DNA of 64,000 nt from Rhodothermales bacterium (GCA_965215145.1 OZ244038.1:3132579-3196578); one strand, 5' to 3'. Counted from the first letter of the stretch, positions 19,553 to 29,154 are shown. Notes: generated by a model not told the origin, from the sequence alone. Made by a program: numbers and translations.

Positions 19553-20868
19553 TACGGCGCCCCGTCGAGCCAGCCGCCGGCGAAGCCGGCCCGCCGGAGG
19601 CCGCGCACGACGGGCGGGCACGCCCGCATCAGCCGCCACACGAGCCCGTCGCGGTAGTTCGCCACCGCCAGCGTGATCGGCCCCTGGTTCAGCGCGAAGT
19701 GGTGCGGCGAGACCCAGCCCAGCTCCGGGTCGCCGTCGGGGAAGGTGGGGTTGAAGGCGTTCTCGAAGCCGTAGCTGTCGTCGCGGCCGGCGTGGGCGTG
19801 GGAGAGGCAGTGGATGCACGTCGTCACGATCTCCGGAGCGAACGGGAGCGAGGCGATGGCGGCCCACGGCGCGATGGTCCCGTCGTCCGGCCCGAACGGG
19901 ACGCCGCGGGCCTTGTACCCGAAGAACCGCCGGCTCCGCCCGCCGACGCGCTCCGTGGCCGGCCCCGGCCCGTCGCTCGCCGTGACCCCCCAGATCTCGG
20001 CGCTGTAGCCCTTGAACCCCTTCGGGTTACGCTTCGCGTACTCCTGCTGGACGTAGGTCGCGCGGCGGCTGTTCTCGAAGTAGTCGATCCCCTTGTCGCG
20101 CATGAACGCGTCCTGGATGCCGCGGAAGTCGACCCAGAGGTGCGAGAACTGGTGGATGAAGAGGGGCCCGGCGTAGAGGTACTCGTGGCCGTAGATCTTC
20201 TTCCAGCGGTACGTCCGGGTGTAGGCGTCGAAGCAGCCGTCCGGCAGCGGGTGCGTGGGCGAGCCGAGGCCGAGGACGTAGAGCAGCAGCGCCTCGTCGT
20301 AGCCGTGCCAGCGGTGGCGGATGAAGCCCTTCTCGGGCTTCCAGCCGTGGGTGACGGCCGGGCCGCCGTTCGTGGCCCAGATCCAGTCGGCGCGGCGGTA
20401 GAGGGCGCCGGCGAGGTGGCGGACCTCGGCCTCGCCGTCCTCGTCGAAGTATTGCGCAGCGACGAGGGCGCCGGCCAGGAGCAGCGTCGTGTCGATCGTC
20501 GAGAGCTCGCTCTGCCAGGCCCGGCGGCCCGTCTCCATGTCGAGGAAGTGGTAGTAGAACCCCTTGTGGCCCGTCCCGTCGGGCGCGCCGTCGTGGGGGG
20601 CCTCGTGGAAGAACCGGAGCGCGGCGAGCGTCCGCGCCCGCGCGTCGTCGCGCGCCATCCACCCCCGCTCGACGGCGACGGGGTAGCCGGCCAGCGCGAA
20701 CCCCACCGCGGCGATGCTGGCCGGGCTCTCGGGCACGGTGCCGTCGCGGACGAGCCCGTTGTCCGGGTTGACCTCCTCCAGGAAGAAGTCGAACGAGCGG
20801 CGGTGAACGTCGTCGAGAAGGGTCTCGCCGATGGGGTGGGAATGATCTCCCGTCGCGGGGTCGGACAT
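19552..20868 (-). CDS. GH144-type 'glucoamylase family' protein (endo-beta-1,2-glucanase family), no signal peptide
   Basis: (alpha/alpha)6-like pattern: SFDFFLEEVNPDNGLVRD, SIAAVGFAL, GFYYHFLDMETG, STIDTTLLLAGAL, YDEALLLYVLGLGS and C-terminal YGFENAFNP. This matches my memory of the PF10091/DUF3131 family, now GH144. The N-terminus MSDPATGDHSH... is not a signal peptide. Confidence 0.65.
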   Translation of the reverse strand: MSDPATGDHSHPIGETLLDDVHRRSFDFFLEEVNPDNGLVRDGTVPESPASIAAVGFALAGYPVAVERGWMARDDARARTLAALRFFHEAPHDGAPDGTGHKGFYYHFLDMETGRRAWQSELSTIDTTLLLAGALVAAQYFDEDGEAEVRHLAGALYRRADWIWATNGGPAVTHGWKPEKGFIRHRWHGYDEALLLYVLGLGSPTHPLPDGCFDAYTRTYRWKKIYGHEYLYAGPLFIHQFSHLWVDFRGIQDAFMRDKGIDYFENSRRATYVQQEYAKRNPKGFKGYSAEIWGVTASDGPGPATERVGGRSRRFFGYKARGVPFGPDDGTIAPWAAIASLPFAPEIVTTCIHCLSHAHAGRDDSYGFENAFNPTFPDGDPELGWVSPHHFALNQGPITLAVANYRDGLVWRLMRACPPVVRGLRRAGFAGGWLDGAP

Positions 20869-20941
20869 GGGATAGGGGTCAGCGAGGCCCGGACCTCGGC
20901 GTAGAGACGTGACATATCGCGTCTCTGGTGGCCGGTCGCGG

Positions 20942-22381
20942 CTAGGCGTCGAACGTGAGGGTGACGGCGGCGACGGCGTGGGCCGGCACGTCGAGCGTGA
21001 GCGCGGCGCCGTCGCCGTCGGCCTCGACCGAGATGGGCTCGGGGGCGAGGCGGCTGGCGGCGTGGAGGGCGTCGAGCTGCGCGGGGCTCGGGTACGTCGG
21101 CTCCCCCATCGCCTCCCACGTCCGCCGCGGGTTCGCGTGGTCCTGGTCGATCCGCTCGACGGTGGCGCGCGCGACGGCCGGCGCCCCCGCGAGCCGGATC
21201 TCCACCCGCTCGTCGGCGATGTCGTGCTCGGGGAGGGCGTGGTTCGTGAGGAGGAGGGTGAGCGAGCGCTCGTCCTCGTTGCGGACGGCGTAGCAGTCGA
21301 GCGTCGGGTGCAGCCCGTCCACCAGCAGCCGCTCCGAGCCGAGCCGGTTCAGCAGCTCGAACGCTCGGTACGTCGGCTTCGCGACGCCGTGGATCGTCAG
21401 CAGCCCGAAGCCACCGTGGAAGGGGACGCTGGAGAAGTAGTTCTCCTCGAAGATGTCCGAGAACGTCCAGTAGCTGTACGCCTCCACGAGGTCGGCCACG
21501 TCGAGCAGCGTCTTCATGACGAAGGCGGCGGCGTAGGGCGAGTCGTGGCGCCAGAAGAACGGGTTGCTCGACGTGTTCCACTCGGTGTAGAGCACGGGCC
21601 GGCCGCCGGCCTTCGCGACGGTGTCCTGCGTCCGCTCGCGGAGCACGTTGCGATGAGCAGCAGCCAACTGCGCCTCGGTGTCGTCGCCGGGGTCGCCGAA
21701 GGCGTCGGTGGGGTAGTGGTGCGTCGTCACGAAGTCGAGCGGGAGCCCGTGCTCCTCGCAGAACGCGACGGCCTCCTCGACCCAGCCGTTGTTGGCCGTC
21801 GCCGGGCCGCCCACGCGGAGCCCGTCGTCCACGCCCTTCACGGCCTCGGCGGTGGCGCGGTAGAGGGCGAAGTAGTCGTCCTGCGTGCCGCTCCAGAAGT
21901 GCTTGATGTTCGGCTCGTTCCAGACCTCGAAGTACCACCGCCGGACCTCCTCCGCGCCGTACCGGTCCACGAGGCCCCCGACGAACCGGCGGATCAGCTC
22001 GGCCCAGGCGTCCATGTCCTTCGGCGGGGAGACGTTGGCGGCGTAGCTGAAGACGATCCGCCCGCCGGAGGCCAGCGCGTCCGGCATCAGCCCGAGTTCT
22101 ACGACCGGCCGCATCCCGATCCCGACCAGGAAGTCGTAGATGTGGAAGGCGTTGTAGAACGAGTAGATCGTCTCGCCCTGCTGCACCGTCAGCGCGCCGG
22201 TGTTCGAGAGGATGCCGTGGAAGCGGACGTGGCGGACGCCGATCTCCTCGCGGCAGCGGCGGAGCTGGGCCTGCCAGTCGGCGCGGAGGGCGAGGCCGGC
22301 GTGCCCGCTCCCGACGGTGTGCGACCACGAGTGGCGGAGGGGCGTCCCGCGCTGGGCGAGGTCGACGTGGAACTGGGCCAT
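20942..22381 (-). CDS. GH39-family glycoside hydrolase (beta-xylosidase-like)
   Basis: VRFHGIL, WYFEVWNEPN (acid/base Glu), TTHHYP, LYTEWN (nucleophile Glu) and YWTFSDIFEE. No signal peptide. Confidence 0.8.
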   Translation of the reverse strand: MAQFHVDLAQRGTPLRHSWSHTVGSGHAGLALRADWQAQLRRCREEIGVRHVRFHGILSNTGALTVQQGETIYSFYNAFHIYDFLVGIGMRPVVELGLMPDALASGGRIVFSYAANVSPPKDMDAWAELIRRFVGGLVDRYGAEEVRRWYFEVWNEPNIKHFWSGTQDDYFALYRATAEAVKGVDDGLRVGGPATANNGWVEEAVAFCEEHGLPLDFVTTHHYPTDAFGDPGDDTEAQLAAAHRNVLRERTQDTVAKAGGRPVLYTEWNTSSNPFFWRHDSPYAAAFVMKTLLDVADLVEAYSYWTFSDIFEENYFSSVPFHGGFGLLTIHGVAKPTYRAFELLNRLGSERLLVDGLHPTLDCYAVRNEDERSLTLLLTNHALPEHDIADERVEIRLAGAPAVARATVERIDQDHANPRRTWEAMGEPTYPSPAQLDALHAASRLAPEPISVEADGDGAALTLDVPAHAVAAVTLTFDA

Positions 22382-22541
22382 GGGGGGAGGGGCTCGGGGG
22401 AGGGGCCGGGAAAGGTAGCACGGCGACGGGGGACGGTCTGCCGCACCGCCGCGGCCTGCTCGGTGTGAGCGAATGGTGACAGCTACGTCCGCGCGACGTG
22501 CCCTATCCTCCGCACCTCACCCCGGCGCAGCCCCCAGCTGC

Positions 22542-23038
22542 ATGGACCTCCAGGCCCTCTTCCTCAACTGCTCGCTCAAGCCCTCCCCCACCACCTCCAA
22601 CACCCGCGCGCTGATCGACAAGGTGGCGACGCTGTTCGAGGACGAGGGCGTTCCGTGGCGCAGATGGTCGTCGAGCGGCTCGACGGGACCTACGACGAGC
22701 GGGACGAGCGCGGGCAGTACCCGCTCTACGGGAAGGTCGGCGCCTGCGTCGTCACGGGGAACGAGGGCGGCGCCCACGACGCCGCGGCGACGACGCTGTT
22801 CAACCTCTTCCACCTCGGCTGCACCATCCCCCCGAACGCCGACTGCTACTGGGTCGGCGACGCGGGGCCGGGGCCGAGCTACCTCGCCGCCGGCGGGGAC
22901 CGCCACCTCTACACGAACCGGACGGCCCGCTACCTCGCCAAGAACTGCGCCCACGCCGCGCGCACGCTGCAGGCGAACCCGTACCCCATCGACCTCGACG
23001 CCGTGGATGAGGCGGCGGAGGCGGTCAGCCGCCCGTAG
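22542..23038 (+). pseudogene. Flavodoxin-like NAD(P)H-dependent FMN reductase, internally deleted and frameshifted
   Basis: The N-terminal piece (frame of ORF 22473) reads MDLQALFLNCSLKPSPTTSNTRALIDKVATLFEDEGV. The C-terminal piece (frame of ORF 22655) reads (V)AQMVVERLDG...YGKVGACVVTGNEGGAHD...WVGDAGPGPSY... The two pieces abut at about 22640-22655. The roughly 50-aa segment that normally lies between them in this family is missing, and the frames differ. Confidence 0.6.
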
Positions 23039-24683
23039 CGAGCGGGGCGAGGTGCTTCCCGCTAAACGCCTCGGCCCACCCGCTCATCCGGTCGAGCGCG
23101 GCGGGCTTGACGTCGCCGAGCCGGCGGCCTTCGGCCTGCATCCGGGCGTGGTAAGCACCGAGCGCGTCGCCCTCGACGCGGAACACGCCGAGGGGGCCGA
23201 GCTGCCCGAGGTCGCGGGCGTGGGCGTAGTGGACGTTCCCCCGCAGCCCCGCCTCGACGGCGTCGCCCAGCGCGCCGAGTGCGACGGGGTCAACGTCCGC
23301 CTGCACGAACAGGGTGTAGGCCCGCCGCTCCCCCTCGAAGGCGACGAGCGCGAACCGCGGCTCGACGCCCGCCTCCGCTGCCGCCACTTCGATCACGGCC
23401 CGGACGTGCCGCTCGGCTAGCTTCTCCCCCACCCGGTCGGAGGTCGCCCCGGCGCGGCCGAGGAACCGGAGCCGCGGCGCCGTCCCCTCGAACCCGACCA
23501 CCTCCACGAGGTCGCGGAGGCGGTAGCGGTAGAGCCCGCCGCGGGTGGTGAGGACGACCTCGTAGACCCCGCCCCGCTCCACCTCGTCGGCCCAGCGCGG
23601 CGTGCCGTCGTCGGTCAGAAACTCGAACACGTGTGAGCGGACGGCGAGCACCCCGCCCTCCCCCCCGCCGAGCGGGACCGAGACGACGCCCTCGGTGGCG
23701 AGCAGCCCCTTTGGCTGGAGGGCGGCCTGGGGGAGCAGCGCCGCGAGCCGCGCGGCGTACCGGGCGGCTGCGGCGTCGGCCCACGCGCTGACGACGGCGA
23801 GGCGGGGCCAGAGCCGCACGTGCCGCGCCGCCCCTTCGGACTCGGCGAGCGCGGCGCGGACGGTGGCCGCGCGAGGCGGGTCGGGCGCGAGGCGGGCCGA
23901 GAGCCGCTGGGCGAGGGCCGGGGTGAGCGGGGCGGGTGGGGAGAGCGTGCCGCGGCGGAGGTCGTGCGCGAGCCGGTCGGCCCAGGGCGCGAGGGCGTCG
24001 AGGAGCAGGAGGAGGAACGTCGGGCTCCAGACGGAGATGAGGGCGAGGTCCCCGCGGGCGACGAGCGCGCGGAGCGTGACGTACCGCCACGCCTCCGTGC
24101 CCCGGACGTGCCGGACCTCCGGCGGCACGGCGAGCGCGGCGCGGGCCACCCCGCCGAGCAGACCGAGGTAGGCCGCATCGTCCTCGAACCCAATCCGGAC
24201 GCCGCCGGCCGTCCGGCGCTCTGTCGGCGCTGCCGGGCTGATGGCCCAGTAGTGCGGCCCGCGGGCGGCGTCGGGGTGGCGCCGGTACAGGTCCGCGATC
24301 CACGGGGCGAGGGCGCGCCCGAAGTCCCCTCGCAGCCCGCGCGTGTACGGGATCAGCTTCGTACCGCCCGTCGAGCCCGAGGTCGGTTCGAGCAGCCGGA
24401 CCGGCTCGGCCGTCAGCACCCCCCGTTCGCCCGCCGCAATCCGGTCCACGAACGGGCGGAGGGCGTCGTAGTCCGCGAGCGGGACGCGGCGGCGGAAGTC
24501 CTCCCGCGACCCGATCATCCCGAACCCGTGTGCCTGCCCGAAGTCCGTCCCCGCGTTCGCCGAGACGACCTGCCGGAGCAGTCGGCTTTGGGCGCCGGCC
24601 ACGTCCGCCAGCGCGCGGCGGAACCGGCGGGCCTCGGGGCGGCAGGCGAGGCGCCACGCCGCGTGCGCGAGCCGCGCCCTCAC
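23025..24683 (-). CDS. GH3 (auxin-responsive-promoter/JAR1-like) family acyl-adenylate-forming amido synthetase homologue
   Basis: FGQAHGF..., ...DYDALRPFVDRI, LLEPTSGSTGGTKLIPYT (adenylation P-loop-like), YWAISP, and later GGLYRYRLRDLVEV...F..R. The GTG start at 24683 overlaps the upstream TGA by 4 nt (GTGA). The track ORF 23025..25490 runs on as a shadow of the upstream gene. Confidence 0.8.
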   Translation of the reverse strand: MRARLAHAAWRLACRPEARRFRRALADVAGAQSRLLRQVVSANAGTDFGQAHGFGMIGSREDFRRRVPLADYDALRPFVDRIAAGERGVLTAEPVRLLEPTSGSTGGTKLIPYTRGLRGDFGRALAPWIADLYRRHPDAARGPHYWAISPAAPTERRTAGGVRIGFEDDAAYLGLLGGVARAALAVPPEVRHVRGTEAWRYVTLRALVARGDLALISVWSPTFLLLLLDALAPWADRLAHDLRRGTLSPPAPLTPALAQRLSARLAPDPPRAATVRAALAESEGAARHVRLWPRLAVVSAWADAAAARYAARLAALLPQAALQPKGLLATEGVVSVPLGGGEGGVLAVRSHVFEFLTDDGTPRWADEVERGGVYEVVLTTRGGLYRYRLRDLVEVVGFEGTAPRLRFLGRAGATSDRVGEKLAERHVRAVIEVAAAEAGVEPRFALVAFEGERRAYTLFVQADVDPVALGALGDAVEAGLRGNVHYAHARDLGQLGPLGVFRVEGDALGAYHARMQAEGRRLGDVKPAALDRMSGWAEAFSGKHLAPLATGG

Positions 24684-25663
24684 GCCCGCCGCGTCGGCTC
24701 GACGAGCCCGATGGGCGTCTCGTCGAGCGTCAGCGTCTGGCGAACGAAGCGGCCGAGGAAGCCGAGGTACGAGATCCCACCGACGGCGCGCGGCAGCCGG
24801 TCCCAGATGGCTCGGTGCAGCGCCGGGAGGTGGTAGCTCGGGACCTCGGGGAAGAGGTGGTGCTCGAGGTGGTAATTCTCGTTCAGCAGGAAGAACGCCA
24901 CCACCGAGTTCGCCTCGATGGAGCGGCTGGCGAGCAGCGGGTCGTGGGCGTCGGTGATGCCGTGCTGCGTGAACCCCCGCACCTGCACCATCGCCGCAAC
25001 GAGGAGGAGTGGAACGAGCCACGCGGCGGCGAGGAGCCCGAAGGGGACGAGCGCGAGGAGCGCGGCGTAGAGCCCCCCGAGCAGGGCGTACTCCGTCACG
25101 ATGGCGCGGCGCTCGGCGGGCGTGCCGTGGCGGAAGGCGAGGAACGGGATGGCGAGCAGGTACAGGAAGCAGCCGACCGTGAGGCGCATGTAGTGCAGCG
25201 CCCACACGACCCCGCGCCGGCCGGTGTAGTTGTGGTAGTCGTCGGGGTCGTCCTCGGTGCCGAGGTGGTCGTGGTGGCGGGTGTGCATCACCCGGTAGGC
25301 CGTGAGCGAGATCAGCGCCGGCGCGCCGAGGACAACGCTCACCCAGCGGTTGAGGCGCGGGCTCCCGAGCAGCACCCCGTGCATCCCCTCGTGAAGCAGC
25401 AGCACGAACGCGTTCACCGCGAGCGCCACGCCCACCGTCCCCACACCCCGGAGCGCCCACGCAGCGGCCCCCTCCATCCCGAGGCTCCACCCGACCAGCC
25501 CGACGCTACCGGCGAAGAGGCCGACGAACGTAGTCAGCTCCCGCAGCCGCTCGCCGGCATCGAGTCGGCAGAGCGCGCCGAGGCGGTCGCCGAGGAGGTG
25601 GGCCACGGCGGCGCGGGCCTCGTGGTGGGAGAGCGGGGTTTGGTCGAGGGCGGGGGCGCTCAT
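24680..25663 (-). CDS. Membrane fatty-acid-desaturase/hydroxylase family (di-iron, three His boxes)
   Basis: His boxes HEGMHG, HTRHHDH and HLEHHLF, with hydrophobic segments between them. Its ATG (25663) overlaps the stop of the upstream gene (ATGA). Confidence 0.85.
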   Translation of the reverse strand: MSAPALDQTPLSHHEARAAVAHLLGDRLGALCRLDAGERLRELTTFVGLFAGSVGLVGWSLGMEGAAAWALRGVGTVGVALAVNAFVLLLHEGMHGVLLGSPRLNRWVSVVLGAPALISLTAYRVMHTRHHDHLGTEDDPDDYHNYTGRRGVVWALHYMRLTVGCFLYLLAIPFLAFRHGTPAERRAIVTEYALLGGLYAALLALVPFGLLAAAWLVPLLLVAAMVQVRGFTQHGITDAHDPLLASRSIEANSVVAFFLLNENYHLEHHLFPEVPSYHLPALHRAIWDRLPRAVGGISYLGFLGRFVRQTLTLDETPIGLVEPTRRA

Positions 25664-26436
25664 GGGTTCACAAGGGCATCGCCGACCATGCGGCGGCCGG
25701 CGGGGGTTAGGTTGTCGGGGTGGATCCGGGTGAGGCAGGCCAGTTCATCCCCGCGGGCGGAGCCGGGGTTCGTCCGCACGAAGAAGGCGACGTGGGGGTC
25801 GCGGAGGTGCCGCGCCGTCGGCTCGGCCACGCCGGGGCGGAGCGGCGTGGCGCGGCGGAGGCGGACGACGCCGTGCCCGGGGTCGTACTCGCCGGGGAAT
25901 TTCCGCCGGGCGAGCGTGTCGAGGAGGGCCTGCTCGTGCGGGGGCGTCGGCGCGGCGGGGTTCGGCCAGAACCGGCGGAAGAACGTCGGGAGGAAGCGGT
26001 AGGTCTTGTAGCCCGACGAAATCAGGAACCAGTACGTCGGGACGGCCTCGGCGGCGGCGCGGCGGAAGACGTGCCGCGACCACGTCTGCGCCAGCGCGGG
26101 CGCCGTCCGGTGGGAGGCATCCACGATGGTGTCCCCCGAGAAGAACGCGACGAGCGGGCGGCCGTCGACCTCGGCCTCCATCCGGAGGAGCGTCGAGAAC
26201 CCCTGGACCGTACCGGCCGCGTCGCGCAGCAGCACTGCCACGTCCTTCTCCGCGAGGTCGGCCTCGAAGCCCGCGCGGGTGACGCCCTCGAAGTAGCGCC
26301 CGAGCAGCGCGTGCATCCGCGCCCGCTCGGCCCCCGTCAGCGCCGCCACGGGGCGGACGCCGCCGGCGAGCGCGCCGTCAGAGCGTGGCGACTTCGACGT
26401 GCGGCGTGCGACCTCGGAGATCGGGGACGTGTCCAT
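25660..26436 (-). CDS. Hypothetical protein, possibly GNAT-fold acyltransferase-like
   Basis: Part of track ORF 25660..26637. ATG at 26436 (MDTSPISE...), or alternatively GTG at 26349 (VAALTGAERARMHALL...). Contains LLGRYFEGVTRAGFEADL, VAFFSGDTIVD and YWFLISSGYKTYRFLPTFF. I only weakly recognise the fold. The gene is coupled to its neighbours on both sides. Confidence 0.5.
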   Translation of the reverse strand: MDTSPISEVARRTSKSPRSDGALAGGVRPVAALTGAERARMHALLGRYFEGVTRAGFEADLAEKDVAVLLRDAAGTVQGFSTLLRMEAEVDGRPLVAFFSGDTIVDASHRTAPALAQTWSRHVFRRAAAEAVPTYWFLISSGYKTYRFLPTFFRRFWPNPAAPTPPHEQALLDTLARRKFPGEYDPGHGVVRLRRATPLRPGVAEPTARHLRDPHVAFFVRTNPGSARGDELACLTRIHPDNLTPAGRRMVGDALVNP

Positions 26437-27583
26437 CGGGCCAGGCGGCGGTGTAGAGGGTGCTGGCGTAGGGAATATGCAGGAGCCGCCGCGCCGCTGC
26501 AAGCCGGGGGTCCCCCTCCGCCAAGCCCAGCGGTACAAAAGCGTGCCCCCGCCGTGCTGCCTCCCGAAGCGTGGCCCGCAGCAGCACGCGCACGAGCCGC
26601 GGGTCCTCCTCCCCACGCGTGCAGAGGAATGCCGCATACGCCGACCGGAGCGGCTCCCCGACCGCCGGCAGCGGCGCAGCGCCCACCGCCCGCGCGCCGA
26701 CGTTCACGAGGGGCCGCGCCCAACGAAGCGCCCCGCCGTAGCCGCGCACTACGGTCTGCTTGTACGCCCCCTGGTCCCACAGCGCTACTGCCCCGACGAG
26801 CTCGCCGCCGCGCCGGGCCAGGATGAAGTCCTCCGCTCCGAGCCCCTGCAGCAGCGGCGTGCCGAGGTCGCCCTCGGTGAGGACCGGGAAGAAGGCGTAG
26901 CGCCGCCCGTGCTCCCGCAGGAACGCGACCGTCTCCGGCCAAGATGCCGCCGAACCGGCCTCGATCTCAAACGGCGAGGCCGGGACGCGCACACGGCGGC
27001 GCACGACGAGCACGAGTGTAGTTACCTCGGCGAGGGGACGGAAGGCGGGGACGGAGCCGCGGGGCTTCTCCGCGAGCAGCCCCCGCGCCTGCCGGTTCCC
27101 CGCCGTGATCGTGGCGAGGTAGAACGGGACGGGGTCGGCGTCGTGGAGGCGGCGGAGGGCGCGGAAGCCGCTCGCCGTGAGGTGCCGCCCCTGGAACGCC
27201 GGGTCCACCCGAAGCCCGCTGAGGTACCCGACTCGCCGCTCCTCCCCGCCCACGAACGCCCGCCGCACCGCGCGGCTCGCCGCCGCCACCACGCGCCCGC
27301 TTCCCCCCTCCTCCGCCACCAGCGTCTCGACGGCATCACCGAGCGGGCCGTTGCCCAGCAAGAAGTCCGGCTCCCGCTCATAGGTCACCGCCACGCTGCC
27401 CGGCATCGGCGCGGCCCGCGTCAGCCGGCGCAGCGCCGCGTCGTCCGCCGGTGTGGCGAGGCGGTATCGGAAGGGGGGCTTCAGAGCGTCGGGCGATGGG
27501 AGCGGACCCCCCGTCGCGCTCGCCCCGCGGAGCGGGACTTGCAGCTTCAGAAGGGGGACAGTTCCGGTCGTGCCTGAGCGCAA
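26378..27583 (-). CDS. Tandem GNAT-like N-acyltransferase
   Basis: The C-terminal ~370-400 codons of track ORF 26378..29191. FRYRLATPADDAALRRL is a typical GNAT beta1/alpha1 opening, and VGYLSGLRVDPAFQGRHL is motif A-like. A second GNAT-like half follows (LVGAVALWDQ...LLRATLREAARRGHAF). Start uncertain: TTG 27583, CTG 27484 or ATG 27406. Confidence 0.55.
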   Translation of the reverse strand: MRSGTTGTVPLLKLQVPLRGASATGGPLPSPDALKPPFRYRLATPADDAALRRLTRAAPMPGSVAVTYEREPDFLLGNGPLGDAVETLVAEEGGSGRVVAAASRAVRRAFVGGEERRVGYLSGLRVDPAFQGRHLTASGFRALRRLHDADPVPFYLATITAGNRQARGLLAEKPRGSVPAFRPLAEVTTLVLVVRRRVRVPASPFEIEAGSAASWPETVAFLREHGRRYAFFPVLTEGDLGTPLLQGLGAEDFILARRGGELVGAVALWDQGAYKQTVVRGYGGALRWARPLVNVGARAVGAAPLPAVGEPLRSAYAAFLCTRGEEDPRLVRVLLRATLREAARRGHAFVPLGLAEGDPRLAAARRLLHIPYASTLYTAAWPDGHVPDLRGRTPHVEVATL

Positions 27584-27633
27584 GGACTCGTCCCGGAGCG
27601 ATGCACAATCCAAACGGGGGGTCGGGGGGGTCC

Positions 27634-29043
27634 TCAGACCGCCTCCAGCAAGCGCGGCGTCGGCGTGGCGTCGAAGGGCTCGGTGTGGGCGGCGGGGATG
27701 AGGTCGCCGCGGAACGCCTCGTCGCCGAGGGGGAACCCGTCGCGCTGACTCACCTCGCGGCGGAGCATGGCGTTGATCGTGAAGAAGGCCGACCACATGA
27801 ACAGGTTGCCCGCGTTCACCCGGTCGAGGCTGCGGCGGAGGATGGACGGCCACGAGTAGAACTTGGTCCGCGCCTCGACGCACTTCTGCTGGACGGCCTC
27901 CGGCGTCATCCGCTTCGGCCAGAACGGGAGCATGTTGTAGCGGTAGTCCGGGTCGAGCCACCACTTCTCGAAGCGGAGGCGGCCCTCCCGTTCGAGGCGG
28001 TCGTAGAGCGGGGTGCCGGGGAACGGGGTGAGGTGGTTGAAGGCGGTGATGTAGAACCGGTGCTTCTTCGCAAAGGCCAACGCTTCGTCGAACGTGTCGT
28101 CGGTGTCCTCGTCGTAGCCGAGGATGAACGTGATGTAGAGGCGAAGGCCGTGGCGGCGGAGGTTCTTGAGCGCGGCCTCGTAGCCGCCGCGCGCGGTGTT
28201 GAAGCGCTTCTTCATCTGCCGGAGGTTCTGCTCGTTCAGCGTCTCGAACCCGAACAGGAGGCCCTGGCAGCCGCTCGCCTTGAGGAGCCGGAGGAACTCG
28301 TCGTCGTGCGCCGCATCGATGCTGGCCTGCCCGACCCAGCGGACCTTCAGCGGCGCGAGGGCACGGAAGAGTTCCTTGGCCTGGCGCATGTTCGACGTCA
28401 CGTTGTCGTCGACGAAGAACAGCAGCTTGTGGCCGAGCGCCTTCATCTCCCGGATCTCCTCCAGGATCGCCTCCGTCGGGCGGCGCGTCTGGGTCGAGCT
28501 GAAGTAGGCCTGGATGGCGCAGAACTCGCACGCGAAGTGGCACCCCCGCCCGGCCTCGACCAGCCCGATGGGCAGGTACCGCTTGCCCCGGAAGATGCTC
28601 CGGTCGGGGCGGACGCCGCCGAGCGACGGGCGGCCCTCGCCGCGGTAGACCCGCCGGAGCCGCCTGGCCTCGGCGTCGCCGACCACCCGCGGCCAGACGC
28701 CCTCGGCCTCGCCGATCACGAGGGCCTCGCAGTAGCGGCTCACCTCCTCCGGGACGAGCGTGGCGTGGAACCCACCCATCACCACCGGCACCCCCCGCCG
28801 CCGGTACTCCGTCGCGATCTGGTAGCTCCGCTTCGCGGTGTACGTCTCGACCGAGATCGCCACGAGGTCCGTGGGCTCGTCGTAGGGGACGGCCTCCATC
28901 CGGTCGTCGTAGAACCGGACCTCGACCCCCTCGGGCGTGAGGCCGGCGAGGGTGGCCGGCGGCAGCGGCTCCATCTGCCACGCCTTGATGTAGGGCTCGC
29001 CCACGCGGCGGCCGATGCAGGGGTGGACGAGCGTGAGGCGCAT
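27634..29043 (-). CDS. B12-binding-domain radical SAM protein
   Basis: The N-terminal Rossmann-like B12-binding region reads DLVAISVETYTAKRSYQIATEYRRRGVPVVMGGFH. The radical SAM cluster motif is GRGCHFACEFC (CX3CX2C). The C-terminal helical extension resembles DUF4070-type tails. Confidence 0.9.
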   Translation of the reverse strand: MRLTLVHPCIGRRVGEPYIKAWQMEPLPPATLAGLTPEGVEVRFYDDRMEAVPYDEPTDLVAISVETYTAKRSYQIATEYRRRGVPVVMGGFHATLVPEEVSRYCEALVIGEAEGVWPRVVGDAEARRLRRVYRGEGRPSLGGVRPDRSIFRGKRYLPIGLVEAGRGCHFACEFCAIQAYFSSTQTRRPTEAILEEIREMKALGHKLLFFVDDNVTSNMRQAKELFRALAPLKVRWVGQASIDAAHDDEFLRLLKASGCQGLLFGFETLNEQNLRQMKKRFNTARGGYEAALKNLRRHGLRLYITFILGYDEDTDDTFDEALAFAKKHRFYITAFNHLTPFPGTPLYDRLEREGRLRFEKWWLDPDYRYNMLPFWPKRMTPEAVQQKCVEARTKFYSWPSILRRSLDRVNAGNLFMWSAFFTINAMLRREVSQRDGFPLGDEAFRGDLIPAAHTEPFDATPTPRLLEAV

Positions 29044-29154
29044 GGTTTTCCCAGCGGGCAGAGAGCAGGGGGCAGCGAGCAGAAGGTAGCAGGCGGGAGA
29101 CGGTGGGCGGAGAGCACCATCCAGAAAGTCCCGCCTCGAGGGGGGTGCCCCGTA

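Noticed and set aside
23025-25490. 821-aa ORF, and likewise 26378..29191 (937 aa) and 54129..56774 (881 aa), read as single large proteins
   Set aside because: In each case only the C-terminal part has family motifs (GH3, GNAT and ATP-grasp respectively). The N-terminal part overlaps, out of frame, a neighbouring gene with clear motifs. Internal GTG/ATG starts give 4-nt overlaps typical of operons.
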